DNA from: Candidatus Poribacteria bacterium
Lineage (GTDB): Bacteria; Poribacteria; WGA-4E; PCPOR2b
Direction: 5' to 3'
NCBI GenBank assembly: GCA_965208675.1
Contig: OZ242351.1
Span: 4,828,039-4,892,038 of the forward strand
Length of the DNA: 64,000 nucleotides
How positions within the stretch are numbered: position 1 is the first letter of the stretch; each line of letters opens with the position of its first letter. A program made the translations under genes and the position numbers. This document shows positions 23,804-34,709 of the stretch, one piece after another. Below the pieces are notes generated by a model. It searched no databases. It was given only the letters and a program-made list of their open reading frames with translations, and was not told where the DNA came from.

Positions 23804-25732
23804 TCAACGGAAAAAGCGGTAGACCACCTCCCCTTGCGCGATGCCCACAATCGTCCACAATCCGCCGACCATGTGTTGTCCTAGGATTAGCCCTGCGAAG
23901 AACGGCACGAATTGACGATACAGCCGCGGTCCTCCAACCGTCAGGATGGTGGTCTTCAAAGCCCATGCGATAAGAATTGAAAACCATGCTCGCTTCTCCA
24001 TCACAGATCCACCTGCGACAGCATAACCTACCGGATGAAAGGGAAATCCTACATATCGATGATGGAACACCATTAAGATACCTGTAACCACCGCGCCAAT
24101 TCCCATCTCCCGCAGGAGCTCGTAGTTCCGGTGGCCAGGCGCCAAGAGCCACGGCTGAAGCCGGCGAAAGGGTTCCATTCCGATTTGATGCTGGACGTTC
24201 ACCGCTCCAAATTGATACATCGCTTCAAGGAATATCCAAAACCCGCTGATTGTCCCGATGACCGAGGCGATGACCATTGCCGTCAGGAACGCCCGCACCG
24301 GCCCTCCGGCAACCTGAGCTGTCTTAAAACCCTCAAGTTGATGACCGATGGGAACGCTTCGATAAGCACGACTCATCCAGTAAAACCCGCTGAACAGTGC
24401 AACATTTTTCGTTCCAATGCTCCTCGGGCCGAAGATGTTTAGTAAGACCTGTTCGGGCCCCATAAATTCCGCGCCGTGGGATGGAGGCCCCGCCTCGGCT
24501 CGAATGCGGCTAATCGCAATCATATATGCGAGATAAATCAGTAAGAAGAGCGTGCCCACCCAAACCGACAGTCCCGCCGCCATTAGCATCACCACAAGCA
24601 ATACCACGCCGCCTACTAGACCAAAAACGGCGCTTCGATACCGCATTGGTTCTTTTTCATCGCTTGTATCCAGATTGCCGCGAAGTGCTGTCCGAAGCAC
24701 ACTCCTCAAGTGTCGACGGCCTGTCCACGCAACAATTGCGGTAAGAATCATCCACGAACCGGCTGTCTGATAACCCCGAAATGGGCCTGGCGTTTCCCAT
24801 ATGCCGATTGCCGCACGGAAAACTAGCTCCGCCTTCCATATCAAGTAGAAAAACCAAGCTGACAGCGACAGATTTACGGGGAGGAAGTAACCTAACCCCA
24901 CGACAAAAGGGTAAATCCATGCCACTAGCGGCTTGGCTGCAGTCCAAGGCTTCTCCGTCAGGTAGACCCCGATATCCATGCTAAGTGTGAACACGGGAAT
25001 GACCGGAATGTAGGCGTGCAAGCCATTAATCAGGTCCAGTGTCCCCGCCAGTGCGAATCCCAACCACAACATTCGATTCCTCAAAATTGAGCTGCCCGTT
25101 GCGAGCGCTATTGGCAACTGAATGATCGGATAAGCTAATTTCTCGTGCTCAGTCCACTGCCGTCGAACAATGGCAGTCAAGCAGAGCGTAACGAAGAGTA
25201 GAGTAATTAAAAACGCACTCCAGTAAAGCACAGGCCGGTACCATGCGCTTATGTGCGCCCCATAGTAAAAGGCGGACTCTCCAAGGAAATAGCCTTGTGC
25301 AGCCGCATCGTCAATTCGGAGCCATGAGGGCAAGTGGCGGAGAAATAGATTTTCCCAGTCATTTTCCGGTGTCGTGTACCAGCCGGTTCCGGCGAGAGAT
25401 TGGACCAACACGAGCATTAAATCGTGCCCAAAGATTCCCGTAGCGACGGTGAGCATCACGAAAACAATTAAGAGTTCGCTCGGGCCAAAGGCGGCGCGCG
25501 GTGCTACTCGCCGGAGTAAACTGTTAGCCGCAACAAGCACAAATAACGTGAAAGTCACGTTGTAAAAGATGGTCAGAAGCGTGGAAAATGTGCCTGGGTA
25601 AACGGTTTCGGCGCGCATCAGCCAATATTGGTTCACCGGTATTAGCAGGGAACCGAGGAATATGGCGCAGATGGGCTTGATTTGGGAGGTTCGTTTCTCC
25701 ATACGGGGAGCAGTACGAGTTGATGAGGACAA
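23804..25732 (-). CDS. Polytopic membrane protein, OPT-like (DUF6785/DUF6784-type)
   Basis: Many TM segments with RRQWTEHEKLAYPIIQLP, RIRAEAGPP, PFHPVGY and PFFAGLILG motifs typical of this family. Confidence 0.7.
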   Translation of the reverse strand: MSSSTRTAPRMEKRTSQIKPICAIFLGSLLIPVNQYWLMRAETVYPGTFSTLLTIFYNVTFTLFVLVAANSLLRRVAPRAAFGPSELLIVFVMLTVATGIFGHDLMLVLVQSLAGTGWYTTPENDWENLFLRHLPSWLRIDDAAAQGYFLGESAFYYGAHISAWYRPVLYWSAFLITLLFVTLCLTAIVRRQWTEHEKLAYPIIQLPIALATGSSILRNRMLWLGFALAGTLDLINGLHAYIPVIPVFTLSMDIGVYLTEKPWTAAKPLVAWIYPFVVGLGYFLPVNLSLSAWFFYLIWKAELVFRAAIGIWETPGPFRGYQTAGSWMILTAIVAWTGRRHLRSVLRTALRGNLDTSDEKEPMRYRSAVFGLVGGVVLLVVMLMAAGLSVWVGTLFLLIYLAYMIAISRIRAEAGPPSHGAEFMGPEQVLLNIFGPRSIGTKNVALFSGFYWMSRAYRSVPIGHQLEGFKTAQVAGGPVRAFLTAMVIASVIGTISGFWIFLEAMYQFGAVNVQHQIGMEPFRRLQPWLLAPGHRNYELLREMGIGAVVTGILMVFHHRYVGFPFHPVGYAVAGGSVMEKRAWFSILIAWALKTTILTVGGPRLYRQFVPFFAGLILGQHMVGGLWTIVGIAQGEVVYRFFR

Positions 25733-26082
25733 TTAAGGCGCCGGACAAAGGATTGGTAAAGGGCGGTGACGGGCTTTCAAATGGAACCATTTTTCGGTGG
25801 GCGTTTCGTAACCGTAGCAAATTTGCCTGACATCAAACGAGCCAATGGTAAATTCCAGGTGTCATCCTGAACTGCGATCTAGTTGGGCTCCTCGACAACG
25901 CATCGTACTCGGGAATAGCAGGGTTTTTGTTGTCGTGCAGGATTAGGAATAGCCATCCAAAACCGATTAAGGAAAAGTCATGAATGGAAGATGGAGCCCG
26001 AGATGCATTCCCAGCCTCAAACCAACAATGGAGGTGCATCACAGGCTCCGTGAAAAGCGTTTAATACGTACAGTGAACAGTG

Positions 26083-26853
26083 TCAATCCGAAGTCTTCAA
26101 GGCGGCCCAGGTAATGGCAAGTTTACTTTTCGGAGAGACGGCAGTACCTCCTCCCTGAAAAAATTGCATAATCTCGTCCGCTGATAAAGCTCGATTCCAG
26201 ATGTGGAATTCGTCCAACACGCCCTCGAAGTTCTGTTGCTTAGGATTACCTGCCGCTAAAATCCCCATGTCTCCGAAGTACATCGGTTCCGTAGTGAGGA
26301 CAATGGGTCCCATATCCGGCTCTGTGTGAATTGCTACGCCATCAAGATACGAGGTGCTTGCCGTTGGAGAGTGTACCCACGCGCAGTGATGCCATTCTCC
26401 CCAATTTGCGGCAAAAGGAGAAAAAGTAAACCCCGGTCCGCCGCCCCAGTGGAACCGCCAGCCCGGATCTTCTTCAAGGATGTACCACTGAATTCGGTTG
26501 ACTTCATCGGACTTGTCCATCATTGCACCGCGGCTAAGCGGTTTCGCCCAGTTCGCCACAGTGAACGAACCGTCGGCGCCGAAGAAGTCGTTGGAATGAG
26601 CGACAGTCACTTTCGTATCGTCCGCAGGGGAGAATTCCAACGCGTATCCGCCACCTTGGGCATCAGTTGTCCAAGCAGCGCGCTCAACCGTACCATCATG
26701 CCCGCCGATTTCATCATGGGCAACATCGCCCTGTCCTTCGTCAAATGACCATTTGCCCACCAACCCGTCAGTAACAGCAGAGAACGCATTGGAATGCAAA
26801 AACGCGATCGCAACAAGTACCATCAACGTAGCGCACCATTTCTGATGTTGCAT
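26083..26853 (-). CDS. Secreted LamG-like jellyroll protein with C-terminal AVxPxxKLxxTWxxLK motif
   Basis: Signal peptide, GLVGKWSFDEG, WHH, YLDG, FEGVLDEFHIWNRALS. Confidence 0.85.
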   Translation of the reverse strand: MQHQKWCATLMVLVAIAFLHSNAFSAVTDGLVGKWSFDEGQGDVAHDEIGGHDGTVERAAWTTDAQGGGYALEFSPADDTKVTVAHSNDFFGADGSFTVANWAKPLSRGAMMDKSDEVNRIQWYILEEDPGWRFHWGGGPGFTFSPFAANWGEWHHCAWVHSPTASTSYLDGVAIHTEPDMGPIVLTTEPMYFGDMGILAAGNPKQQNFEGVLDEFHIWNRALSADEIMQFFQGGGTAVSPKSKLAITWAALKTSD

Positions 26854-27251
26854 TATTTTTTCCTTTCTCGAAACGAAACCAGATGGTAACGTAAGTTATG
26901 TGCGAATCAACTGTATCTTTCACACTTTTTCAAGATTTGCCAGTGTTAGCGCAGAAGAGACACAACAATGGTTATGATTGGGCAACCTCGACAATAAAAA
27001 CAACACTGACTGTTAACACTGTGATGCTAGCTATTGCGGTGAGTATATCCCCACTTTCTCTCCATCACTCAGACTTTGAGGGGTGAAGGGGGGAGGAAGA
27101 AATGGCTGAACTCAACCATTCCAAGTCATTTTAACCGAATTTAACTTAAATGTAAATTTATTCATGAATCGTCAAATTGCTCTTTCGCTTGGTGTTGCGA
27201 TTCAAGAGCCCGCGCCGCAGGACGGGATAGAACACTACAGAATCGCTCGTA

Positions 27252-28022
27252 TTAATTACTCACTTTCAAGGCTGCCCACGTCATCGCCAGCTTATTGCGG
27301 GCAGCGACAGCGAGAATCTGATCGATGCCCCTGTCGTATACCTCCGCGACTTCATTGGCAGATAATGGGCGGTTCCAGAAGCCAATCTCGTCAATAATGC
27401 CTTCGAAGTTCTGTTGCTTGGGATTGTTGCCGGGGAGGACTCCCATGTCTCCGAAGTACATCGGCTCACCGGTGGGTACAAATTGTCCCAATCCCTTCTG
27501 GCTGTGAACTTCTTCTCCGTTGACATAGGCAACACTTTCATCAACCGGATCGTGTGACCATACGACGTGGGACCAATCTCCAAACTCGACTACGGGACCG
27601 TCGGTAAAGGTGAAGTTTGGACCGGCACCCCAATGAAGCCGTCCATCTTCCATGAGAAACCACTGGATTCTGTCTGCCCGGCCGGACTTATCCATCATTG
27701 CGCCGCGGCTAAGCGGCCTTATCCAGTTCGCAACGGTTAATCCGTCCGGGAGTTCATCAAGATTCTTGTCATCTTCAACACGTACTTTTGTATCATCTTG
27801 CGGCACGAATTTTAACGCCTTGCCCTTAATTGCGTTATCGGTCCAAGCGGCACCCTCGACCGTTCCATCATGGCCGCCGATTACATCGGCGGCTACCTTG
27901 CCTTCGCCTTCGTCAAAGGACCAATAGCCAATCAAACCATCTAAGACATCAGCGAACACGAAGGGCTGAATAGCAAGCACAAGTAGGGCGACTACTGTAG
28001 CACAGCGTACACATCGATTCAT
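27252..28022 (-). CDS. Secreted LamG-like jellyroll protein (paralogue 2)
   Basis: GLIGYWSFDEG...FEGIIDEIGFWNRPLS...AVAARNKLAMTWAALK. Start moved to ATG 28022, which follows an AGGAG RBS. Confidence 0.85.
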   Translation of the reverse strand: MNRCVRCATVVALLVLAIQPFVFADVLDGLIGYWSFDEGEGKVAADVIGGHDGTVEGAAWTDNAIKGKALKFVPQDDTKVRVEDDKNLDELPDGLTVANWIRPLSRGAMMDKSGRADRIQWFLMEDGRLHWGAGPNFTFTDGPVVEFGDWSHVVWSHDPVDESVAYVNGEEVHSQKGLGQFVPTGEPMYFGDMGVLPGNNPKQQNFEGIIDEIGFWNRPLSANEVAEVYDRGIDQILAVAARNKLAMTWAALKVSN

Positions 28023-28110
28023 GACTTTCTCCTTTCTCAAAATTAAGAGTTGTTGCCCTGGACGAAGCTAAACATCAGTTTTTTGAGAGCTTTGCTCCAC
28101 TCAAGGATTG

Positions 28111-28884
28111 TTAATTGTGCACCTTCACCGCCGCCCATGTCATAGTCACTTTACTGCGGGGGGAAACGGCAAGAATTGTGCCAATCCCCTTCTCGAAGAC
28201 CTCGCTGATTTCCTTTTCAGATAAGGGACGATTCCAAAAGCCGAAGTCGTCCATGATCCCCTCGAAATTTTGTTGTTTTGGATTTCCGGCGGCTATAATC
28301 CCACTTCTTCCGAAGATCATCGGCTCGCCGGTTGGAATAGGCGCCCCCATGTTCAACTCTTCATGAAATATCTCACCGTTAACATACACGACGCTCACTT
28401 CGTCCGAATGTGACCATGCGACGTGGGACCACTTTCGAAAGGACACGGGATTTTCGCTAAAGGCAAAATTAGGCCCGCTACCCCAATGAAGGCGCCCATC
28501 GTCAAAGAAGAACCACTGTATGCGTAAATGGTTGCCTCCTGACTTATCCATCATTGCGCCTCGACTCACCGGCCAGATCCAGTTCGCCACCGTATGGCCA
28601 TCCGGTAGATTATCGAGCGCTTCGGCATCCGGAACTACAATTTTCGTATCCTCTTCAGGCGAGAATTGAAGCGCCCACTTTCCAGACTTCGCTCTGTCAG
28701 TCCAAGCGGCACGCTTGATTGATCCATCATGTCCGCCAACTATATCGTGAGCCACATCTCCCTCTCCTGCATCAAATGGCCAGTAACCAACGAGTCCATC
28801 CATGATGTCAGCGGCGAAAATGCTGGTGTGGATAGAAAGCCCAATAAGTGTTGTCAGTACAGCGCAACATTTTTGTCGTTTCAT
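28111..28884 (-). CDS. Secreted LamG-like jellyroll protein (paralogue 3)
   Basis: GLVGYWPFDAG...FEGIMDDFGFWNRPLS...AVSPRSKVTMTWAAVK. Confidence 0.85.
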   Translation of the reverse strand: MKRQKCCAVLTTLIGLSIHTSIFAADIMDGLVGYWPFDAGEGDVAHDIVGGHDGSIKRAAWTDRAKSGKWALQFSPEEDTKIVVPDAEALDNLPDGHTVANWIWPVSRGAMMDKSGGNHLRIQWFFFDDGRLHWGSGPNFAFSENPVSFRKWSHVAWSHSDEVSVVYVNGEIFHEELNMGAPIPTGEPMIFGRSGIIAAGNPKQQNFEGIMDDFGFWNRPLSEKEISEVFEKGIGTILAVSPRSKVTMTWAAVKVHN

Positions 28885-28997
28885 GATTTAGTCCTTTCAC
28901 TGAAAGGCGGATTGACATTCTGACCGCTTCGCCGCGCTGAAGTGCCGGCTTCGTGAAGTATCCCTTTTTGCGAAATTCACTTTGCGCAGGCACCGAT

Positions 28998-29744
28998 TTA
29001 ACGCATTCGTTTGATTTTCCCCCAGGCTGTAGTCAGGGCGCCGATGGGTGAGACAGCAATCGGTTCTTCAAATAAGTCCAACACCTCGCTGTCAGTCATC
29101 GCACGATGATACCACCTGTGCTGGTCCATTATACCCACGAACGCGGCATGTCCAAGATTCCCGAGTCGCCAGTAGTCGTTTGTCTGGTCGAGCGAAGGAA
29201 CTTCCAAATTCTCGGCAACGCGCACCCCGTTGTGGTACATTGCGGCGCCTGATGCCGTCGAAAAAGTCAAAGCCATATGGAGCCACTCGTTTAATTCGAC
29301 CGGCGGTTGCTCTTTCGCATCTGTACCCCACCATCGCTTACCGGAACGCACCTCCAGTCGACCCCGTCCATACTGGAGGTCGAGGTTGAACTGGTCGTGT
29401 TTATAGGTCACTCGATTTTCTCCTTCCGGATCGAGCGCGAATGGTTTCACCCAAACACTGATGGTGAAGGCGTCTTTAGCAACCAATCCCTCATCCACCG
29501 CGGCGTCGGCGAACTGATCCGGGGCGGTGAATTCAATTCCTTTTCCGATTAGCCCCTCGCTCGTTCGCGAGGCGGTGCTAAGCTTACCGTCGAATCCATT
29601 CCCACTTGAATCAATTAGGACATCGCCATCTCCTTCAAATTCGTAAAAGAGGACGAGTCCGTCGTCTATGCCGGCGAAGCCAACCGAAGCGAGGGTGAAG
29701 AGCATCAAGGCAACGCCGAACCTAGAGTTCCCATTTCTCATCAT
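28998..29744 (-). CDS. Secreted LamG-like jellyroll protein (divergent paralogue 4)
   Basis: GLVLFYEFEG...DSSGNG...FTISVWVKP...WLHMA...FVGIMDQ...AVSPIGALTTAWGKIK. Confidence 0.85.
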   Translation of the reverse strand: MMRNGNSRFGVALMLFTLASVGFAGIDDGLVLFYEFEGDGDVLIDSSGNGFDGKLSTASRTSEGLIGKGIEFTAPDQFADAAVDEGLVAKDAFTISVWVKPFALDPEGENRVTYKHDQFNLDLQYGRGRLEVRSGKRWWGTDAKEQPPVELNEWLHMALTFSTASGAAMYHNGVRVAENLEVPSLDQTNDYWRLGNLGHAAFVGIMDQHRWYHRAMTDSEVLDLFEEPIAVSPIGALTTAWGKIKRMR

Positions 29745-29792
29745 TGTAATCTCCCCTTATCTGCCGGAAAAGTGAAACGGTTAAATTGGGGT

Positions 29793-29821
29793 ATTATATT
29801 GAACTGACCAGAAGGTGTCAA
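29793..29821 (-). promoter_or_regulatory. Consensus sigma70 promoter heading the LamG cluster
   Basis: Minus strand TTGACA-17bp-TATAAT, about 50 bp upstream of the 29744 start. Confidence 0.75.
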
Positions 29822-30182
29822 GCGGTAAAGACACGATTTAGCAGTTATATCCCGATTGATAAATGGCGTGAGTTTCAGTAATGAATCGAGACTATTTTAT
29901 GGATTGCAGCAATGAACAAACAGCTTGCCGCGGAAATCAGAAGTCGAGAATGAATAAAAGGATCCATCCAAATTGCAATGAAGCGAGAATGCTTTGCTTG
30001 CTTTCGCGCTCTATGATATCACGGAAATGTCTAGCCTGATTTCCAACTTGTTTTGTGCTAATAATGGGAAATTCTTAAAAGGAAGGAGAGTTTGGGAAAC
30101 CGCTGCGCCAAAAAATGTAGAAAATGACAGTGAAGCGCAAAAAGTCAAGAGCTAGATGAAATTTACGCTCCACTTGTACGGG

Positions 30183-31424
30183 TTAAGCGCTTACGAATTT
30201 TTGAATTACGATGGACGTGTTGTGCCCGCCAAATCCAAAAGCGTTTGATATGGCAACCTGAATTTCTGCAGTACGGCCTTGGTTGGGGACATAATCGAGA
30301 TCGCATTCCGGATCCGGAGTCTCGTAATTTATCGTAGGAGGAATAAAGCCATTTTCGATGGCGCAAACACTGGCAATGAGCTCAATTGCACCGGCGGCGC
30401 CGAGTAAGTGCCCCGTCATTGATTTGGTCGAACTTACGGCAAGCTGATTAGCATGCGTACCGAAAAGCGTTTTAATGGCTAGTGTTTCAGCTACATCGCC
30501 TGCGGGCGTTGAGGTGCCGTGAGCATTAATATAGTCAACGCTCTTTGAGTCGATCTTGGAATCTTGCAGCGCGAATTGCATCGCCTTAGCTGCACCTTCG
30601 CCGCCCTCTGAAGGATGCACCATGTCGCATGCGTCCGAACTCATTCCATAACCGACAATCTCTGCATAAATGGAAGCATTTCGCTTTAAGGCGTGGGAAA
30701 GGGACTCCAGCACCAAAATCCCCGCGCCTTCTCCCATTACGAATCCATCTCGGTCTTTATCAAATGGACGGCATGCACGCTGTAGTTCGTCGTTACGCGT
30801 CGACATCGCACGCATTGAACAAAATCCCGCAAAACTTAATGGCGTAATTGCGGCTTCGGTGCCGCCTGTGAACATCACATCGGCATCCCCACGTTGGATT
30901 ATGCGGTAGGATTCCCCAATCGCGTTGTTCGCGGTCGCGCAAGCGGTAACTGAGGCGAAGTTTGGTCCCTTGAGGTTTAAATGGATTGAGACCTGCCCGG
31001 CAGCCATGTTGATAATCTCGTGAGGTACAAAGAACGGGCTTACCCGCTTGGGCCCCCTCTCTAGCAAGATTCGGTGGTTCTCTTCAATCACACTAAGACC
31101 GCCAATCCCGGACCCGACGCCAACACCAGCGCGGTATGGATTGACTTGAGACAGATCCAGCCCTGAATCCTGCTGTGCCATTATTGAAGCGACAAGTGCG
31201 TATTGAATAAACAGAGGGAGGCGAGATACGGCTTTCGGCGGTAGAAATGCCTCGGGTTCAAATCCTTTGACTTCTCCAGCCACCTGTGTTCGAAAATCTG
31301 TCGGATCAAAGTACGTCACCCTGTCAATCCCGCTTTTACCGGACGCGATCGATTCCCAAAATTCCGGAATGGAAGAGCCCACCGGGCTGATAACTCCCAT
31401 GCCGGTAATAACAACTCGCTTCAC
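30183..31424 (-). CDS. fabF: 3-oxoacyl-ACP synthase II
   Basis: [13 protein letters not shown] catalytic Cys, [27 protein letters not shown]. Confidence 0.97.
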   Translation of the reverse strand: MKRVVITGMGVISPVGSSIPEFWESIASGKSGIDRVTYFDPTDFRTQVAGEVKGFEPEAFLPPKAVSRLPLFIQYALVASIMAQQDSGLDLSQVNPYRAGVGVGSGIGGLSVIEENHRILLERGPKRVSPFFVPHEIINMAAGQVSIHLNLKGPNFASVTACATANNAIGESYRIIQRGDADVMFTGGTEAAITPLSFAGFCSMRAMSTRNDELQRACRPFDKDRDGFVMGEGAGILVLESLSHALKRNASIYAEIVGYGMSSDACDMVHPSEGGEGAAKAMQFALQDSKIDSKSVDYINAHGTSTPAGDVAETLAIKTLFGTHANQLAVSSTKSMTGHLLGAAGAIELIASVCAIENGFIPPTINYETPDPECDLDYVPNQGRTAEIQVAISNAFGFGGHNTSIVIQKFVSA

Positions 31425-31482
31425 GAGATTTACCTCTAAATTATTGGTGTCTGCCGCAACTTGTTTCTGCTATGATTCGGAA

Positions 31483-31716
31483 CTAGACATGCGAATTCAT
31501 GTAGTCAATTGCATCTTGTACGGTCCGAATCTTCTCGGCGTCACTGTCTGGAATTTCAATGTCGAATTCTTCCTCAAGTGCCATGATTAGTTCGACCGTG
31601 TCTAGTGAATCTGCACCTAAATCATCCATGAAAGAGGCATCAGCCGTTACCTGACCCTCATCAATTTGTAACTGGTTTGCAATTATCTTTATAAGCTGGT
31701 TATGATCGATTGCCAT
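31483..31716 (-). CDS. acpP: Acyl carrier protein
   Basis: [20 protein letters not shown]. Confidence 0.97.
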   Translation of the reverse strand: MAIDHNQLIKIIANQLQIDEGQVTADASFMDDLGADSLDTVELIMALEEEFDIEIPDSDAEKIRTVQDAIDYMNSHV

Positions 31717-31797
31717 CGAATTAAAGAACCTCCTATTTCACAAAGTTTAGATTTTGGGCGTTACGAAAAATACGATACACAAACAACATTTGGTAAA

Positions 31798-32535
31798 TTA
31801 CATCACCATCCCGCCGTCAACTTGGACGACTTGCCCGGTGATGTATTGAGCTTCATCAGATGCCAAAAATAAGGCGACTTGTGACACATCTTCAGGTAGG
31901 CCAAATCTGCCTATAGGAATCATCTCCAAAATTTTCTGTTGGTCTTGTTCCGCAAGATTTGCCGTCATTTCCGTTTGAATGAAACCGGGTGCAATTGCGT
32001 TCACAGTAATACCGCGCTTAGCGACTTCTCGCGCAATTGACTTGGTCAAACCGATTATACCGGCTTTGGATGCGGCATAATTCGCCTGTCCTGCATTTCC
32101 CATTAAGCCGATTACTGATGTAATATTGATAATTTTTCCGCTTTTTTGGCGCATCATTGAGCGGATAACGGCGCGCGTACAATAAGCAGTTCCTGTGAGA
32201 TTTGTTTGCAGGACTGCATCCCAGTCTTCATCTCTCATGCGCATGAGTAAGGCATCCCGCGTGATTCCGGCGTTATTCACCAGAATATCGACACGCGAGA
32301 ATGCTTTGAGCGTGGCATCTACAAGCCCTTCCACATCCGACTTCCGAGAAATATCCGCTTGTATCGATTTGGTGTTCCACCCTTCACACGCTAATGCGTC
32401 AGCCGTAGCAGACGATGCGGCGGACCGAGAACAGAGCATCACGCTCGCACCTTCTTCACAGAATTTTCGCGCAATGGCTTCACCAATCCCGCGGGATGCA
32501 CCAGTTACAATTGCAACTTTACCTTTAAGTTTCAT
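31798..32535 (-). CDS. fabG: 3-oxoacyl-ACP reductase
   Basis: TGASRGIG, NNAGITRD, YAASK. Start placed at MKLKGK. Confidence 0.95.
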   Translation of the reverse strand: MKLKGKVAIVTGASRGIGEAIARKFCEEGASVMLCSRSAASSATADALACEGWNTKSIQADISRKSDVEGLVDATLKAFSRVDILVNNAGITRDALLMRMRDEDWDAVLQTNLTGTAYCTRAVIRSMMRQKSGKIINITSVIGLMGNAGQANYAASKAGIIGLTKSIAREVAKRGITVNAIAPGFIQTEMTANLAEQDQQKILEMIPIGRFGLPEDVSQVALFLASDEAQYITGQVVQVDGGMVM

Positions 32536-32596
32536 TGAAAGATGTCCCAGAACGGCAGGCACAGTTCAAAATCGGCGGTTGCCTTCTGTTATGGTT

Positions 32597-33532
32597 TCAG
32601 GGTTTGCCAATGGCATCAACTGTTTTTCCGAGGCTGTTGATGTCCTCAACATTCAAGCAAACCGACTGGGGCAGTGTGCGGCGAACCATACCGGAAAGGA
32701 CATTTCCGGGGCCAACTTCTACAAAATGAGATATCCCAGCGACTCCCATGGTTCGTATCGATTTTTCCCATAGAACCGGACTCGTTACTTGGGCTATCAA
32801 CAATTGGCGGATTTCATCCGGCGTTTGCACGCACTCCCCTGTGACATTGGCAACGAAACCAATTTGCGGGTTGTCAAATGAGAATTCCGCAATGACAGAT
32901 TCAAGTTGCGCCCTTGCGGATTCCATCAGAGATGAATGAAATGCTCCGCTTACTGCAAGCGGCCGACAACGCTTAGCGCCGTTTGCCTTCGCGGTTGAAA
33001 TTAACCTTTGAACGGCGTCTGTTTCACCGGATACAACCAGTTGTCCGGGGCAGTTGTAATTCGCAATTTCTACGATGCCCACGGATTTAACTTCTTCGCA
33101 GAGCGTTTCTAACTGCTTTTCTTCAAGCCCCAAAACCGCTGCCATCATGCAATCTTGCTGCAGCGAGGCTTCAGCCATAAACCGCGCACGATATTCAATC
33201 AATTTAAGTGCGTCCGTAAAGCTGAACACGCCCGCAGCCACGAGCGCAGAGTGTTCTCCTAAACTATGTCCTGCGACAATGGTTGATGCAATATTGAGTT
33301 GCCGCAGCACACGCAAAACGGCAACACTACACGTCAATATGGCTAATTGCGTATTCTCAGTCTGCCTCAGCAGTTCATCGGGGCCGTCAAAACAGAGTTG
33401 ACTTAGACGCCGCCCCAAAAAAGAGTCTGCTTCATCAAAGGTATCGCGAGCAACAGTGTACGCTTGCGCGAACTCCAATCCCATTCCGACTTTTTGGGAA
33501 CCCTGTCCGGGAAAAATAAATGCAACATCCAT
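32597..33532 (-). CDS. fabD: Malonyl-CoA:ACP transacylase
   Basis: FPGQGSQ, GHSLGE, VSGAFHS. Confidence 0.95.
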   Translation of the reverse strand: MDVAFIFPGQGSQKVGMGLEFAQAYTVARDTFDEADSFLGRRLSQLCFDGPDELLRQTENTQLAILTCSVAVLRVLRQLNIASTIVAGHSLGEHSALVAAGVFSFTDALKLIEYRARFMAEASLQQDCMMAAVLGLEEKQLETLCEEVKSVGIVEIANYNCPGQLVVSGETDAVQRLISTAKANGAKRCRPLAVSGAFHSSLMESARAQLESVIAEFSFDNPQIGFVANVTGECVQTPDEIRQLLIAQVTSPVLWEKSIRTMGVAGISHFVEVGPGNVLSGMVRRTLPQSVCLNVEDINSLGKTVDAIGKP

Positions 33533-33622
33533 ATCACAGACAATTAATCCGCATTGGAGCCCATAATTTTGAAGGCTTAAAACCGACCCTGGTTCATGTG
33601 CATATCAATTTGGTAAAGGGAA

Positions 33623-34612
33623 TCAAAGTTTAATCAAGGTACTTCCCCATGTCAGCCCTGCACCAAATGTAACCATGAGAATCATGTCACCGAAGTTCAC
33701 TCGCCTTTCACGAATCGCTTCGTCGAGCGCAACGATTGTGGTTGCGGCGGAAGTATTACCGTATCTGTCAACATTGATGTACACTTTTTCACGCGGAATC
33801 CCCAACCGATCGCCGACGGCTTCAATGATTCGGATATTCGCTTGGTGTGGAATAAACAGATCGACCTCGTCAATTGTGATTCCTGCGAGAGTTAATGCTT
33901 TCAGGGCAGCTTCGGGCATAATTCGGACGCCAAGTTTGAATACTTCCCTGCCGCGCATTTTAATAGTGTGGAGCTTTTGATTGACGGTCTCACATGTTGC
34001 CGGCATACGCGACCCTCCAGCCGGCACGCCCAGCAAATCTGTATCGGAGTAGTCTCCATCAGAGCCGCAGTAAGAGGCTAAAATACCTTTTTCCTCATCT
34101 GTTGCTTGTAAAATTGCTGCACCGGCGGCATCGCCAAACAACACGCAGGTGTTTCGATCTGTCCAATCAACAATTCTACTGAGAACTTCTCCTCCAATGA
34201 CCAAAATCGTGTCATAACGCCCAGATTTAATCAGTCCGTCCGCAAGATCCAAACCGTAGACAAACCCTGCGCATGCCGCTGCTAAATCGAAGGCATACGC
34301 CTTTTTTGCACCAAGCCCCCGCTGTACATAGCACGCCGTAGAGGGGAACAGCGTATCAGATGTCACCGTGCCAACAATGATTAAATCAATGTCGAGCGGA
34401 TCTATTTCAGCATGCTTAATAGCTCGACGAGCGGCTCGAAGGCATAAATCAGAGACCGCCATATCGGGTTCGGCGATATGGCGTTTGACGATACCAGTGC
34501 GTTGCCGAATCCATTCATCGTTGGTATCAACAATATTTTCTAGATTGACATTGGTCAGAACTTTTTCCGGGATGTACGAGCCTGTCCCAGTCATAGCCGC
34601 ATATCGGACCAT
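33623..34612 (-). CDS. fabH: 3-oxoacyl-ACP synthase III
   Basis: AACAGF, PHQAN, GNTSAA, FGAGLTWG. Confidence 0.95.
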   Translation of the reverse strand: MVRYAAMTGTGSYIPEKVLTNVNLENIVDTNDEWIRQRTGIVKRHIAEPDMAVSDLCLRAARRAIKHAEIDPLDIDLIIVGTVTSDTLFPSTACYVQRGLGAKKAYAFDLAAACAGFVYGLDLADGLIKSGRYDTILVIGGEVLSRIVDWTDRNTCVLFGDAAGAAILQATDEEKGILASYCGSDGDYSDTDLLGVPAGGSRMPATCETVNQKLHTIKMRGREVFKLGVRIMPEAALKALTLAGITIDEVDLFIPHQANIRIIEAVGDRLGIPREKVYINVDRYGNTSAATTIVALDEAIRERRVNFGDMILMVTFGAGLTWGSTLIKL

Positions 34613-34709
34613 TATAACAGAATCCCTTTTTCAATTGATAGTTCTATTTTCCATTGAAACTCATCATTTGGAGCACATGAATTAATGTTTTATTGTTGAG
34701 TATACAGAG

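Noticed and set aside
26083-28884. Diversity-generating retroelement or CRISPR array explaining repeated DNA among the LamG genes
   Set aside because: Similarity extends along whole paralogous genes. No reverse transcriptase, no A-specific TR/VR pair and no regularly spaced repeat-spacer array was seen in the window.
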